Below, one piece after another: positions 38,945 through 45,788 of a DNA stretch of 45,788 bases. Position 1 is the first letter of the stretch. The number at the start of each line of letters is the position of its first letter. Source of the stretch: a virus; the IMG/VR virus record IMGVR_UViG_3300038544_000010; one strand, written 5' to 3'. A model generated the notes under the pieces. That model made no database searches and had not been told where the DNA came from. It saw only the letters and a list, made by a program, of their open reading frames with translations. A program made the position numbers and the translations under genes.

Positions 38945-39655
38945 TTACTTCCTATAACTACCCCAATCAAACTTAATCCACTTACCGCCATTCATTCGCA
39001 TTCGATCCATTATTCGAGCTCCAAGGCAATCTGTCATTTCCTTCGGAGATAGGTTGGTAAGCATTCCAGTTGGCTTAAATCGTGATATGCGCTGATCTAC
39101 AATCTGGTTAAGCGCCAGCATTTCTGCGTCAGTCCTGCGCTGCAATCCAACTTCGTCAAGTATCAATAGATCGAAATCAACCATCGTTCTAATGAATTTA
39201 TCTTCAGTTGTTTCGCTGTCCTTCTGGTAGCAGTTGCGCAGCTTTTGCATTAGCTCTGTGACGGTAATAACCAAGCACGATTTGTTTCCATGCATAAGCT
39301 CATTACAGATTGCTGCTGCCAAATGGTTTTTACCGGTTCCAGGCGCTCCACCAAAGATAAAACCACCGCCATTGTTCTCATTAAATGAATCACAGAACCA
39401 TCGAGAAAAGTTTGCTGCCCTCTGCTGTCCTTCGCTTTCTGCAATGTAGTTTTCAATTGTGCATCCTTGGTGAAGCGGAAGAATGCCAGAGCGACCTATT
39501 GATTCATTTGCTTGGTGATCTGCAATCTGCTTTGTGAATCGCTCCATTTGCCCTGCTTCGCTTTCCGCTCTCCATCGCTTAACGTCCTCGATAGCCTTGT
39601 TAACATCAACAGGCTCATTGCCAACCATTTGCTTAATGCGGTCAAATACACTCAT
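38945..39655 (-). CDS. DnaC/IstB-like AAA+ helicase loader
   Basis: Walker A GGAPGTGKNHLAAAI and Walker B LLILDEVG. The ATG at 39655 shares one base with the upstream TGA. Confidence 0.8.
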   Translation of the reverse strand: MSVFDRIKQMVGNEPVDVNKAIEDVKRWRAESEAGQMERFTKQIADHQANESIGRSGILPLHQGCTIENYIAESEGQQRAANFSRWFCDSFNENNGGGFIFGGAPGTGKNHLAAAICNELMHGNKSCLVITVTELMQKLRNCYQKDSETTEDKFIRTMVDFDLLILDEVGLQRRTDAEMLALNQIVDQRISRFKPTGMLTNLSPKEMTDCLGARIMDRMRMNGGKWIKFDWGSYRK

Positions 39656-40404
39656 CACTCCCACTCCATTCCTTCAGGCGCATCAAAGTTGTCACCTATT
39701 TTATTCACACCTTGCGCTGGGCTTGTCTTGGCTGCCTTTGCGTAGCCGGGGAACTTGCTTGCGCTAAAGAGTGTTTGAGGTCTTAGGTAGGTAGACATTC
39801 GCTGATCGCTTCCCCACTCCTTGTTCTTTAGGTCGATAACGGCTTTGCAGTCGCTTACTGTGTATCCGTCTGCTATTCGTGCGTTGATATTCTGGATGTG
39901 GCTCTTAGTGGATGATTTGTATTTAGTTCCGCAAACAGCATTAAGATGCTCAAGAACAGCAATCGCGTCAGACTTGTCTGACATAAGATTACTTTTATTA
40001 TTACTGTTAATTTCATACTGATTATATAGAGATTCAGCCGTTTCGCTGAATGTACAATCAGCCGTTTCGCTGTTTCTCATTCCGCCATTTGGCTGAATCG
40101 AGAACTCCTTCATTGTGTACCATTTTGTGCGGTCAAACTTACTTTTGTTGTAGTGGCCGGAAATGATTACACCATCATCCTCAAGCTTTTTTAGTAGCTT
40201 TTGGATTTTGTTTGCAGACCAGAAAGGGAAAAGCTCTTTCATTTTTGTTGCAGATGCGAACATCCAGAAGAATCCATCATTCTCCATTTCCCCGTGAGCT
40301 CTTGCATAATCAAGCCAGTAGCGCATGTTGTGTAGAATGATTGCCGAATCAATACCGTATTTAACGGCGTCTTCAGTGCTGAAGCTATAGACCTTATTTT
40401 TCAT
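39655..40404 (-). CDS. Replication initiator / replisome organiser (phage conserved C-terminal domain)
   Basis: LEHLNAVCGTKYKSSTKSHIQNINARIADGYTVSDCKAVIDLK..W......YLRPQTLF matches the Phg_2220_C-type domain. First ATG at 40404 (ORF open to a TTG at 40440). Confidence 0.7.
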   Translation of the reverse strand: MKNKVYSFSTEDAVKYGIDSAIILHNMRYWLDYARAHGEMENDGFFWMFASATKMKELFPFWSANKIQKLLKKLEDDGVIISGHYNKSKFDRTKWYTMKEFSIQPNGGMRNSETADCTFSETAESLYNQYEINSNNKSNLMSDKSDAIAVLEHLNAVCGTKYKSSTKSHIQNINARIADGYTVSDCKAVIDLKNKEWGSDQRMSTYLRPQTLFSASKFPGYAKAAKTSPAQGVNKIGDNFDAPEGMEWE

Positions 40405-40450
40405 ATGAACTACAATTACCTCGTTGATAGGTATAACCAAGTTAACAATT

Positions 40451-40480
40451 GCCCCAGCTCACAACTGGGGCTTTTTATTT
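40451..40480 (+). terminator. Intrinsic-terminator-like hairpin oriented antisense to the early operon
   Basis: GCCCCAG-ctcacaa-CTGGGGC followed by TTTTTATTTT on the + strand only. Confidence 0.45.
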
Positions 40481-40563
40481 TCCATCTCTGGAAAGAAAGG
40501 TGCTTTGGTGTGACATATCTCTATGTCGAAAGGTGCGGATCTCCATTTTACCATCAGACATAA

Positions 40564-40797
40564 TTAATAACCATCAAGTCGTCTGTCTACCAGTCTTCCA
40601 TTGATTCTGCCTATCTGGATAATCATTTCTATCTTACTAAATCCAATGAGAACCGCCTTTTCTGAATGCTTATCTATGATTATCTTCAGTGCTTCAAGGT
40701 CGTCTTTATTGACCGTTTTAAGCTCCTTGTTGCACTCTCTTGCTATGGCGTTTAGTGCCGCAAATCTTTGCTCATTGCCCATTCCAAGCCCTGCCAT
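40564..40797 (-). CDS. Hypothetical protein (77 aa)
   Basis: ORF-track entry in the early operon. Confidence 0.5.
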   Translation of the reverse strand: MAGLGMGNEQRFAALNAIARECNKELKTVNKDDLEALKIIIDKHSEKAVLIGFSKIEMIIQIGRINGRLVDRRLDGY

Positions 40798-41098
40798 TTA
40801 AAACCTGTCTGATTAAGGCTTGTCCACACTCAAATTTCTTTGCTATCAGCGCAGTGCTCATGCCTGACTTTCTTAGCTCCTTGATTAGAGGAATGTCTTC
40901 TTTTTCGAGTATCTGGTTATAGGTCTTCTTGCCATCAACTCTGAAGCTAATCCCGTTTTTCTGGCATATGTAGACTAACTGTGTTTTTGTTAGGCCAAGC
41001 TTACTTGCAACCTCTCTCATGGTGTTTGTTTTTGCCAGCGTTTCGATTTGTTTTGAGAGCTTGGCGTGGTCGTATTTTACTAATGGCATTTTAATCAC
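40772..41098 (-). CDS. Putative DNA-binding protein with two HTH-like segments (108 aa)
   Basis: MREVASKLGLTKTQLVYICQKNG and MSTALIAKKFECGQALIRQVLNG. Confidence 0.5.
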   Translation of the reverse strand: MIKMPLVKYDHAKLSKQIETLAKTNTMREVASKLGLTKTQLVYICQKNGISFRVDGKKTYNQILEKEDIPLIKELRKSGMSTALIAKKFECGQALIRQVLNGRAWNGQ

Positions 41099-41104
41099 TC
41101 CAAT

Positions 41105-41779
41105 TTACAGTTTCTTGTTGCCAAGCTTATTGGTAAAGTAGGACAAACCCTTGCTGGTAACTCGCGTTTGGCTGAATTGGTACTCATCTTTGCTTGTTCC
41201 AGTGTGTGTTTTAAATAGACCTTGGTTTATGTATTGCTGCTTTGGAAGGTTGTTTTGGCAAAGGTAACCTTCCATTCGCAGCCACTCGCTAAACTTGTTA
41301 GGTCGCTGCTGAATCTTCTTTGCTGCATCGCGCAAGCTGAATGTTGCGGCATCGTTTACTATCTTGTCGTGAAACTCAACTTTAGGCGCGGCTAACTCAA
41401 GCTGCTGCTGCTTAATCATGTTAGCTTCATATTGCTCTGCCCATGCTCTAGCTGCCTGAGCTGGGTCTGAGAAGTTTGGCAGCGTTGGCATTTTAGATTG
41501 ATTTTTCTCTAGCTCTTCAAGCCTGTCGACTATCTTTACTCGAACGTGTAGAAGGTACCCAGAAACCAGAAGTAAAGTCTCTCGCTTTGGTAGGTTATAT
41601 TCGTCATACATTCTGTTGTTGGACGGATATTGACCAAGGTACAAATCTGTACCATGCCCCAAGTCGTTAAGCATCACTCGAATATCTCGCATTACTGTCT
41701 TGTGTTCCTTTTCTGTTAACTTGGCAATTTCTCGACTGCTCATAGTTAACGGCTGATTAGTTGTTGCTAGTAGATTCAT
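41105..41779 (-). CDS. Rha-family regulatory protein with a C-terminal ANT/KilAC antirepressor domain
   Basis: MSSREIAKLTEKEHKTVMRDIRVM (Rha N-terminus) and C-terminal FSLRDAAKKI...FSEWLRMEGYL. AAGGAG RBS. Confidence 0.7.
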   Translation of the reverse strand: MNLLATTNQPLTMSSREIAKLTEKEHKTVMRDIRVMLNDLGHGTDLYLGQYPSNNRMYDEYNLPKRETLLLVSGYLLHVRVKIVDRLEELEKNQSKMPTLPNFSDPAQAARAWAEQYEANMIKQQQLELAAPKVEFHDKIVNDAATFSLRDAAKKIQQRPNKFSEWLRMEGYLCQNNLPKQQYINQGLFKTHTGTSKDEYQFSQTRVTSKGLSYFTNKLGNKKL

Positions 41780-41930
41780 TTGCTACTCCTTTGCAAACTA
41801 TCTCGAATAACTTTCGCTTCTTTGGGTTGTTGAACCAGTTGATAAGCGTCTGTTCGCTTTGCTCTGTTTTCTCTGCTACTTGGAGTAGGCTTTTACAACC
41901 TAACTCCTTTGCCTTTTTTGATGGTGTCAT
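41757..41930 (-). CDS. Small HTH-like protein (57 aa)
   Basis: Translated by eye: MTPSKKAKELGCKSLLQVAEKTEQSEQTLINWFNNPKKRKLFEIVCKGVANESTSNN. ATGA overlap with the upstream gene. Overlaps the Rha start by 23 nt. Confidence 0.45.
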   Translation of the reverse strand: MTPSKKAKELGCKSLLQVAEKTEQSEQTLINWFNNPKKRKLFEIVCKGVANESTSNN

Positions 41931-42355
41931 ATTGCTGGCTTCCAGTTGTATTTAAGTTGGGCGAATACCATGTCATTGAATAGGCTTCGCATGTTTTGGT
42001 TTGTCATGTAGCTTGTTTGAAACTCTTTAAGTTTTTTTACTGCGTGTTGTGCGTAGGCTGCCGTCATTTCGTTCCGCTCATCTTCGCTTGCTTCGTTAGT
42101 AAAGAATGAATCAGCTTTATCTTGTTGAATGCTGTTGCAAATTGAGCGAGCAAACATTTCAACTTCGCGCGGCTCAACGTCAATTTTGTATGCTAGAGAT
42201 TCGATATCACTGTCAATTTCTTCTACGCAAACTTGAGTTTGTTTTTTTGTTTCCATGTTCAAAGCCCAGATATGTGTTTGACCTTGGTTCTTGGCTGATG
42301 CTTTGATGAATTTGAACTCGATGCCTTTTACTGTGAATATTTCGTTAGCTTTCAT
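41927..42355 (-). CDS. Hypothetical protein (142 aa)
   Basis: ORF-track entry with its own promoter. Confidence 0.55.
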   Translation of the reverse strand: MKANEIFTVKGIEFKFIKASAKNQGQTHIWALNMETKKQTQVCVEEIDSDIESLAYKIDVEPREVEMFARSICNSIQQDKADSFFTNEASEDERNEMTAAYAQHAVKKLKEFQTSYMTNQNMRSLFNDMVFAQLKYNWKPAI

Positions 42356-42388
42356 TGTCTTGATTCCGTATCTCGTTGGTATGTGTAT

Positions 42389-42417
42389 ATAATATTAAAA
42401 TAGTTTTAGGTTGTAAA
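42389..42417 (-). promoter_or_regulatory. Sigma70-like promoter
   Basis: On the - strand: TTTACA (42417-42412), 17 nt, TATTAT (42394-42389). Confidence 0.5.
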
Positions 42418-42457
42418 GTGTTTTCTTTGAATTATTTTAGTTTATTTTCACAAGACA

Positions 42458-42483
42458 TAAAAAAGCCCCGCTAATGCAGGGCC
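42458..42483 (-). terminator. Intrinsic terminator after ssb
   Basis: On the - strand: GCCCTGC-atta-GCGGGGC (one mismatch) followed by TTTTTT. Confidence 0.6.
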
Positions 42484-42489
42484 AATTGA

Positions 42490-43047
42490 TTACAGACAGT
42501 GAAGTAGGTTATTGCTGTGCGCTATCCCTATATAACCAAATGGAATATCATCATCAAAGTCCATAGGCGGCTCGTTATATTGAGGCTGTGACTGTTGTTG
42601 TGCGTGTTGCTGATTGTATTGTTGTCTTTGTTGTTGCTGTTGCTGTGGCGCTCTTTGTTGCTGTTGTTGACTTCCCCATCCAGCCTGTTGCTGCTGTTGA
42701 CTGCTTTGCTGGCTATTGTTTTGATTGCTGCTCAACATCTTCATTTCAGAAACTACAATCTCAGTTGTATAGCGATCTTGACCTTGTTGATCTTGCCATT
42801 TTCGTGTTTGCATCTTGCCAGATACATAGACTAGTGAGCCTTTGCGTAGATATTCACCCATGATTTCGGCTAACTTACCAAACGCAGAGCATCGAACCCA
42901 TTCTGTACGCTCTTGAGGCTGGCCTTGCTGGTCTTTCCATTTTTCAGTGCAGCCAATTGAAATGCTGGCAATTGCTTTTTGGTTTGCTGAGTAACGGATT
43001 TCAGGGTCTTGGCCTAATCGACCGATAAAGTTACATTGGTTTAGCAT
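42490..43047 (-). CDS. ssb: Single-stranded DNA-binding protein with a Q-rich linker and a 15-aa extension after the DDDIPF tip
   Basis: OB-fold N-terminus NQCNFIGRLGQDPEIRY...TEWVRCSAFGKLAE...MDFDDDIPF, then GYIGIAHSNNLLHCL before the stop. Confidence 0.85.
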   Translation of the reverse strand: MLNQCNFIGRLGQDPEIRYSANQKAIASISIGCTEKWKDQQGQPQERTEWVRCSAFGKLAEIMGEYLRKGSLVYVSGKMQTRKWQDQQGQDRYTTEIVVSEMKMLSSNQNNSQQSSQQQQQAGWGSQQQQQRAPQQQQQQRQQYNQQHAQQQSQPQYNEPPMDFDDDIPFGYIGIAHSNNLLHCL

Positions 43048-43056
43048 TGTTGCTCC

Positions 43057-44175
43057 TTAGTACTTAATTGAAATGTTACGAACTTGACCTTTAGCAATTG
43101 CAGATACAACTGCTTTTGCTGTTGCTTCGTCTATGCCGATAGACATCAAGTCTTCTTTTGACTGTTTGCAGATATTGCCGACGTGTAGCTTGTTAGCTTC
43201 TCTAGCTGCGATCTCTGCTTCTTGTCGCGCTTGCTCTTCTTTCTGCCTTTGAATTTCAGCAATTCTAGCTCGTTCTGCTGCTTCTTCTGCTTCAATCTTT
43301 GCTCGCTCTTCCGCTTCCTTGCGCTCGCGCTCGACTTGTTGCTCGTATTCGATTCGGCGTTTTTCTGCTAGCTCAGCATCACGCTTTGCTTGCTCTTCGC
43401 GCTCAATGGCTTCTTGTCGCTCACGCTCAATTCGTTGGCGCTCTGCTTCTTGTCGCGCTTGCTCTTCGATTCGCGCTCTCTCTGCTGCTTCAGCTTCGTA
43501 TCGCTCACGCTCAGCTTGTCGTTCGGCTTCTTGCTGTGCTGTCAGCTGAGCTGCTTCTCGCTCTGCGGCTTCACGGCGTAGTTTTTCTAACTCTAGTCGC
43601 TCTTGCTCGATGCGGATTCGCTCTTGCTCTGTTTCAACTTGCTTAGCATGCAACTCAGATAGGCGCTCTAATGTTTGAGCAACCAAAACAGATGCCTCTT
43701 CCTCACGGCGGCCAAATGTCTCCTTTGACACATCATAATCAGCAAGCTCGTTTATCATTGCTTCGATTGCTTCTGATGAATCAGATTCAATTGCTTTAGT
43801 TGGCATATCTTTGATGTGAATGAATCGGTTCTCGATTTCTAGCTTAATGCGCTTTTTCTCATCATCAATTGCTTTGTATGCTTCGTGAAATGGAGTTTCA
43901 ATCTGCTTGACTTCTTCAATGATGCGTTTGGCTTCAGAGTCAATCATCTTGCCTAGCTCTAGAATTGGAGCCTTGTATTCCTTGCGCTTAGATTCGATAG
44001 CGGTACGAACTGAAGTAAGAATGCCTTTAACTTCTTTTGCTCGATCGTATCCAGCCTTGGTTGAAGCGTCTGGCACTTCAGATTTAAACTCAGCAAGTTT
44101 TGCCTGGTATTCGCTGTACTCGCTAATATTGCCGTTTGATACTTCTTTTTTGATTTCTTCAAATAGGTTTGACAT
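43057..44175 (-). CDS. DUF1351-like protein with a long E/R/A/Q-rich coiled coil (372 aa)
   Basis: The N-terminal pattern ..AGYDRAKEVKGILTSVRTAIESKRKEYKAPILELGK.. resembles DUF1351. Roughly the central third is an ER/EA/EQ repeat. Confidence 0.4.
   Translation of the reverse strand: MSNLFEEIKKEVSNGNISEYSEYQAKLAEFKSEVPDASTKAGYDRAKEVKGILTSVRTAIESKRKEYKAPILELGKMIDSEAKRIIEEVKQIETPFHEAYKAIDDEKKRIKLEIENRFIHIKDMPTKAIESDSSEAIEAMINELADYDVSKETFGRREEEASVLVAQTLERLSELHAKQVETEQERIRIEQERLELEKLRREAAEREAAQLTAQQEAERQAERERYEAEAAERARIEEQARQEAERQRIERERQEAIEREEQAKRDAELAEKRRIEYEQQVERERKEAEERAKIEAEEAAERARIAEIQRQKEEQARQEAEIAAREANKLHVGNICKQSKEDLMSIGIDEATAKAVVSAIAKGQVRNISIKY
43213..43239. repeat. 27-nt exact direct repeat, copy 1 (inside the coiled-coil gene)
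   Basis: ctctgcttcttgtcgcgcttgctcttc is identical at 43441-43467. Confidence 0.85.
43441..43467. repeat. 27-nt exact direct repeat, copy 2
   Basis: Identical to 43213-43239. Both encode EEQARQEAE. Confidence 0.85.
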
Positions 44176-44177
44176 TG

Positions 44178-44936
44178 TTATTTCTCCTGTTGCTTCTGTT
44201 CGTGTTGTTTGCGTAGTTCTTCAAATCTCGCCTTGTATTCTGACTCGGCGATTGTTAGGTATTTCGCAGGGCTAATTCCAAGCTTCACGCACTCTGAGTT
44301 GATAAGCTGGCAATGCGTTTTATACATAGCACCCAAAGAGTGAGATAGATTGTTTGACTTGTACCCTTTAATTTTTTCTCTGATCTCTTTGTCAAATGCT
44401 TCAATCTTAGCTGGAAGCTCTGATGATGCCTGTAGATCTTTTTCGCTTTGCATAACCTGTAAGTAATGCTGGTCATCCATAAGGCCTAGGAAAATATCAG
44501 CGCCGAAACCAAGCATTGATAATGACTTCTTAATTGCATCTGCAAGAGTCTTTTTGTAATACTCTCCGTCATGAGATGGGCCGTATTTTGTCCTACTTAG
44601 ATAAGGCGTGTGCCCTGCCTGTATTGGGCATACTATTTTTTCTTTCTCATCCATGTACCAGAAACGAATCAAAAGAGTATGGGTGATCTCCTTAACTTCT
44701 GGCTGAGTATCCCCGTTTTCGTGCGTGACCTTTTGTTGGATTATTGAGCCCTCATCAAAGCGCTCAGTTTCAACCTCATAACCCCAACCCTTTCCGAACC
44801 TGCCAAACTGCTCAGTTGCCATCATTACAACTGATTGAAGCGAGAATGACGTAATATTTTGTCCACCAACCTTTGCTTGTTTGGTGAATTTTGGGTCTAT
44901 TGATTTAACTGCGTTCCATAACTGCATATTGCTCAT
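44178..44936 (-). CDS. Putative single-strand annealing protein (Rad52/Sak-like), tentative
   Basis: 252 aa. NITSFSLQSVVMMATEQFGRFGKGWGYEV resembles the Rad52-type annealing core. Context: next to the DUF1351-like gene and ssb. Confidence 0.35.
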   Translation of the reverse strand: MSNMQLWNAVKSIDPKFTKQAKVGGQNITSFSLQSVVMMATEQFGRFGKGWGYEVETERFDEGSIIQQKVTHENGDTQPEVKEITHTLLIRFWYMDEKEKIVCPIQAGHTPYLSRTKYGPSHDGEYYKKTLADAIKKSLSMLGFGADIFLGLMDDQHYLQVMQSEKDLQASSELPAKIEAFDKEIREKIKGYKSNNLSHSLGAMYKTHCQLINSECVKLGISPAKYLTIAESEYKARFEELRKQHEQKQQEK

Positions 44937-45130
44937 TTATGCCACTCCAAAAACTTAATGTGCTCAACTTTAAATACTTCACACATTGCTAATTGTGATT
45001 TGTAATCCGGTGTAGAGTGGTCGTTGCACCATCTACTAACCGTTGCCCTTGTCACTCCGAGTTCGCTTGCAAGGTCTTCCATTGTTATATCGACCTTTGC
45101 TAGCCCCATTCTTACGTTTGCACCTAACAT
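44933..45130 (-). CDS. Cro-like XRE-family HTH regulator (65 aa), first gene of the early operon
   Basis: MEDLASELGVTRATVSRWCND. AGGAGG RBS. Directly downstream of the early promoter. Confidence 0.7.
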   Translation of the reverse strand: MLGANVRMGLAKVDITMEDLASELGVTRATVSRWCNDHSTPDYKSQLAMCEVFKVEHIKFLEWHK

Positions 45131-45157
45131 AACTCCTCCTGTCTGCGCGTTGATGTA

Positions 45158-45186
45158 ACTTTAAAAGCTACACGGTGTAATGTCAA
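45158..45186 (-). promoter_or_regulatory. Early promoter
   Basis: On the - strand: TTGACA (45186-45181), 17 nt, TAAAGT (45163-45158). Confidence 0.55.
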
Positions 45187-45224
45187 TAATTAGTTTGCGT
45201 AAATTTAAACACGGCATCATGTAA
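45170..45224. promoter_or_regulatory. Two operator-like 16-bp boxes (ACACGGnnTnATGTnA)
   Basis: ACACGGTGTAATGTCA (45170-45185, overlapping the -35 and containing the palindrome TACAC-G-GTGTA at 45169-45179) and ACACGGCATCATGTAA (45209-45224). 12 of 16 positions are identical. Confidence 0.45.
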
Positions 45225-45307
45225 CTGGATTTTGTGATTTTATTGCCAGATTAGTTTATAATTACCCCAGGAGGACACCACCATGCCCATAGGGATGCCA
45301 AAGTGGT

Positions 45308-45335
45308 TTGAATAAACTTTAAAATCACCTATAAT
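45308..45335 (+). promoter_or_regulatory. Candidate promoter for the junction-spanning gene
   Basis: TTGAAT (45308-45313), 16 nt, TATAAT (45330-45335). Confidence 0.45.
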
Positions 45336-45369
45336 ACAAACTATGGGTTTTTATTGTTAGGTATTGTTT

Positions 45370-45788
45370 ATGGGTAAAAAAATAAGCGCTGGTGATATAT
45401 ATAAAACAAATCGTTTTGGAGATGTTGTTGTTATCGATTACCGAAGTTGTTTTGATATTTCTGTTAAGTTCTTAACGACTGGAACCGTGGCAACTACCAC
45501 TTCCCACCAACTTAGGATTGGGCAGGTTAGAGATCCAATGCATCCTTATATTTATGGTGTTGGCTTTAGTGGGATAGGAAAGTATTCAGCGGCATCTCAT
45601 AGAAATATTTACACCACATGGCATAGCATGATTACAAGGTGTTATAGCAGTAAATTTCACCTAAAAAACAAAACATATAAAGATTGCAATGTCTGCGAGG
45701 AGTGGCATAACTTCCAGAATTTTGCCGAGTGGATGTTAGGGCAAGATTACATTGGAAAGCAGCTCGATAAGGATATTAAGATTGAAGG
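45370..45788 (+). CDS. N-terminal part of the junction-spanning homing-endonuclease-like protein (continues at 1-353)
   Basis: From the ATG at 45370 the frame stays open to the window end: MGKKISAGDIYKTNRFGDVVVIDY...GVGFSGIGKYS...YTTWHSMITRCYS. In frame with 72..353 through the repeat. Confidence 0.55.
   Translation, partial: MGKKISAGDIYKTNRFGDVVVIDYRSCFDISVKFLTTGTVATTTSHQLRIGQVRDPMHPYIYGVGFSGIGKYSAASHRNIYTTWHSMITRCYSSKFHLKNKTYKDCNVCEEWHNFQNFAEWMLGQDYIGKQLDKDIKIE
45662..45788. repeat. Terminal direct repeat, copy 2 (identical to 1-127)
   Basis: See copy 1. Confidence 0.95.

Noticed and set aside
43299-43646. + strand ORFs inside the coiled-coil gene
   Set aside because: They are low-complexity Leu/Ala/Arg artefacts of the antisense strand of an E/R/A/Q repeat.
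45283-45315. 10-aa leader-peptide-like ORF (MPIGMPKWFE) behind a strong AGGAGG
   Set aside because: The RBS is good, but the ORF is very short and has no obvious attenuator structure. It is noted only as a possibility.

Overview
The window is one complete, end-closed genome of about 45.66 kb from a tailed dsDNA phage. Bases 1-127 are identical to 45662-45788, and one gene reads across that junction. The host is Gram-negative, judging from the SSB acidic tail, the lambda-like nin genes and a GH24 endolysin. A marine gammaproteobacterial host is only a guess.

The + strand (0-32.9 kb) starts with a homing-endonuclease-like gene, a Dam-type methylase and a T5orf172-type nuclease-like gene. A lambda-type packaging and head module follows: Nu1-like TerS, GpA-like TerL, a gpW-like protein, a gpB-like portal, a gpC-like S49 protease with a nested scaffold, a gpD-like decoration protein and a gpE-like capsid protein. 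Next comes a Mu/P2-type contractile tail and baseplate module. It holds sheath, tube, a -1 frameshifted chaperone, tape measure, DNA-circulation protein, a LysM-gpD-like hub, gp45/V-like spike, gp46-, gp47/J- and gp48-like proteins, a fibre and a fibre-assembly protein.

The tail module is interrupted four times by accessory islands that carry their own promoters and terminators:
- 14.2-20.9 kb: an HTH switch with tiny membrane peptides, a Lar-like/methylase/phosphoesterase operon, and a 682-aa Gly-rich fibre-like protein.
- 23.3-23.7 kb: a non-coding RNA locus.
- 25.0-25.8 kb: three antisense genes.
- 27.7-28.0 kb: a single antisense gene.

The - strand (32.9-45.1 kb) is the early region. It encodes a Cro-like HTH, a tentative Rad52-like annealase, a DUF1351-like coiled-coil protein, SSB, a Rha/ANT antirepressor, a replication initiator, a DnaC-like loader, NinB, NinG, a MazG-like protein, a DUF4406-like protein and the endolysin. 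Two small + strand micro-gene islands sit inside it.

I found no integrase, reverse transcriptase, CRISPR array or canonical tRNA.

The most unusual element is the 455-bp ORF-free gap at 23292-23746. It has a near-consensus promoter and an intrinsic terminator. They flank a highly structured RNA of roughly 330-360 nt whose 3' module is a tRNA-like acceptor/T-arm minihelix with an encoded CCA but no canonical D or anticodon arm.

All functional calls rest on motif recognition by eye. No database search was run.
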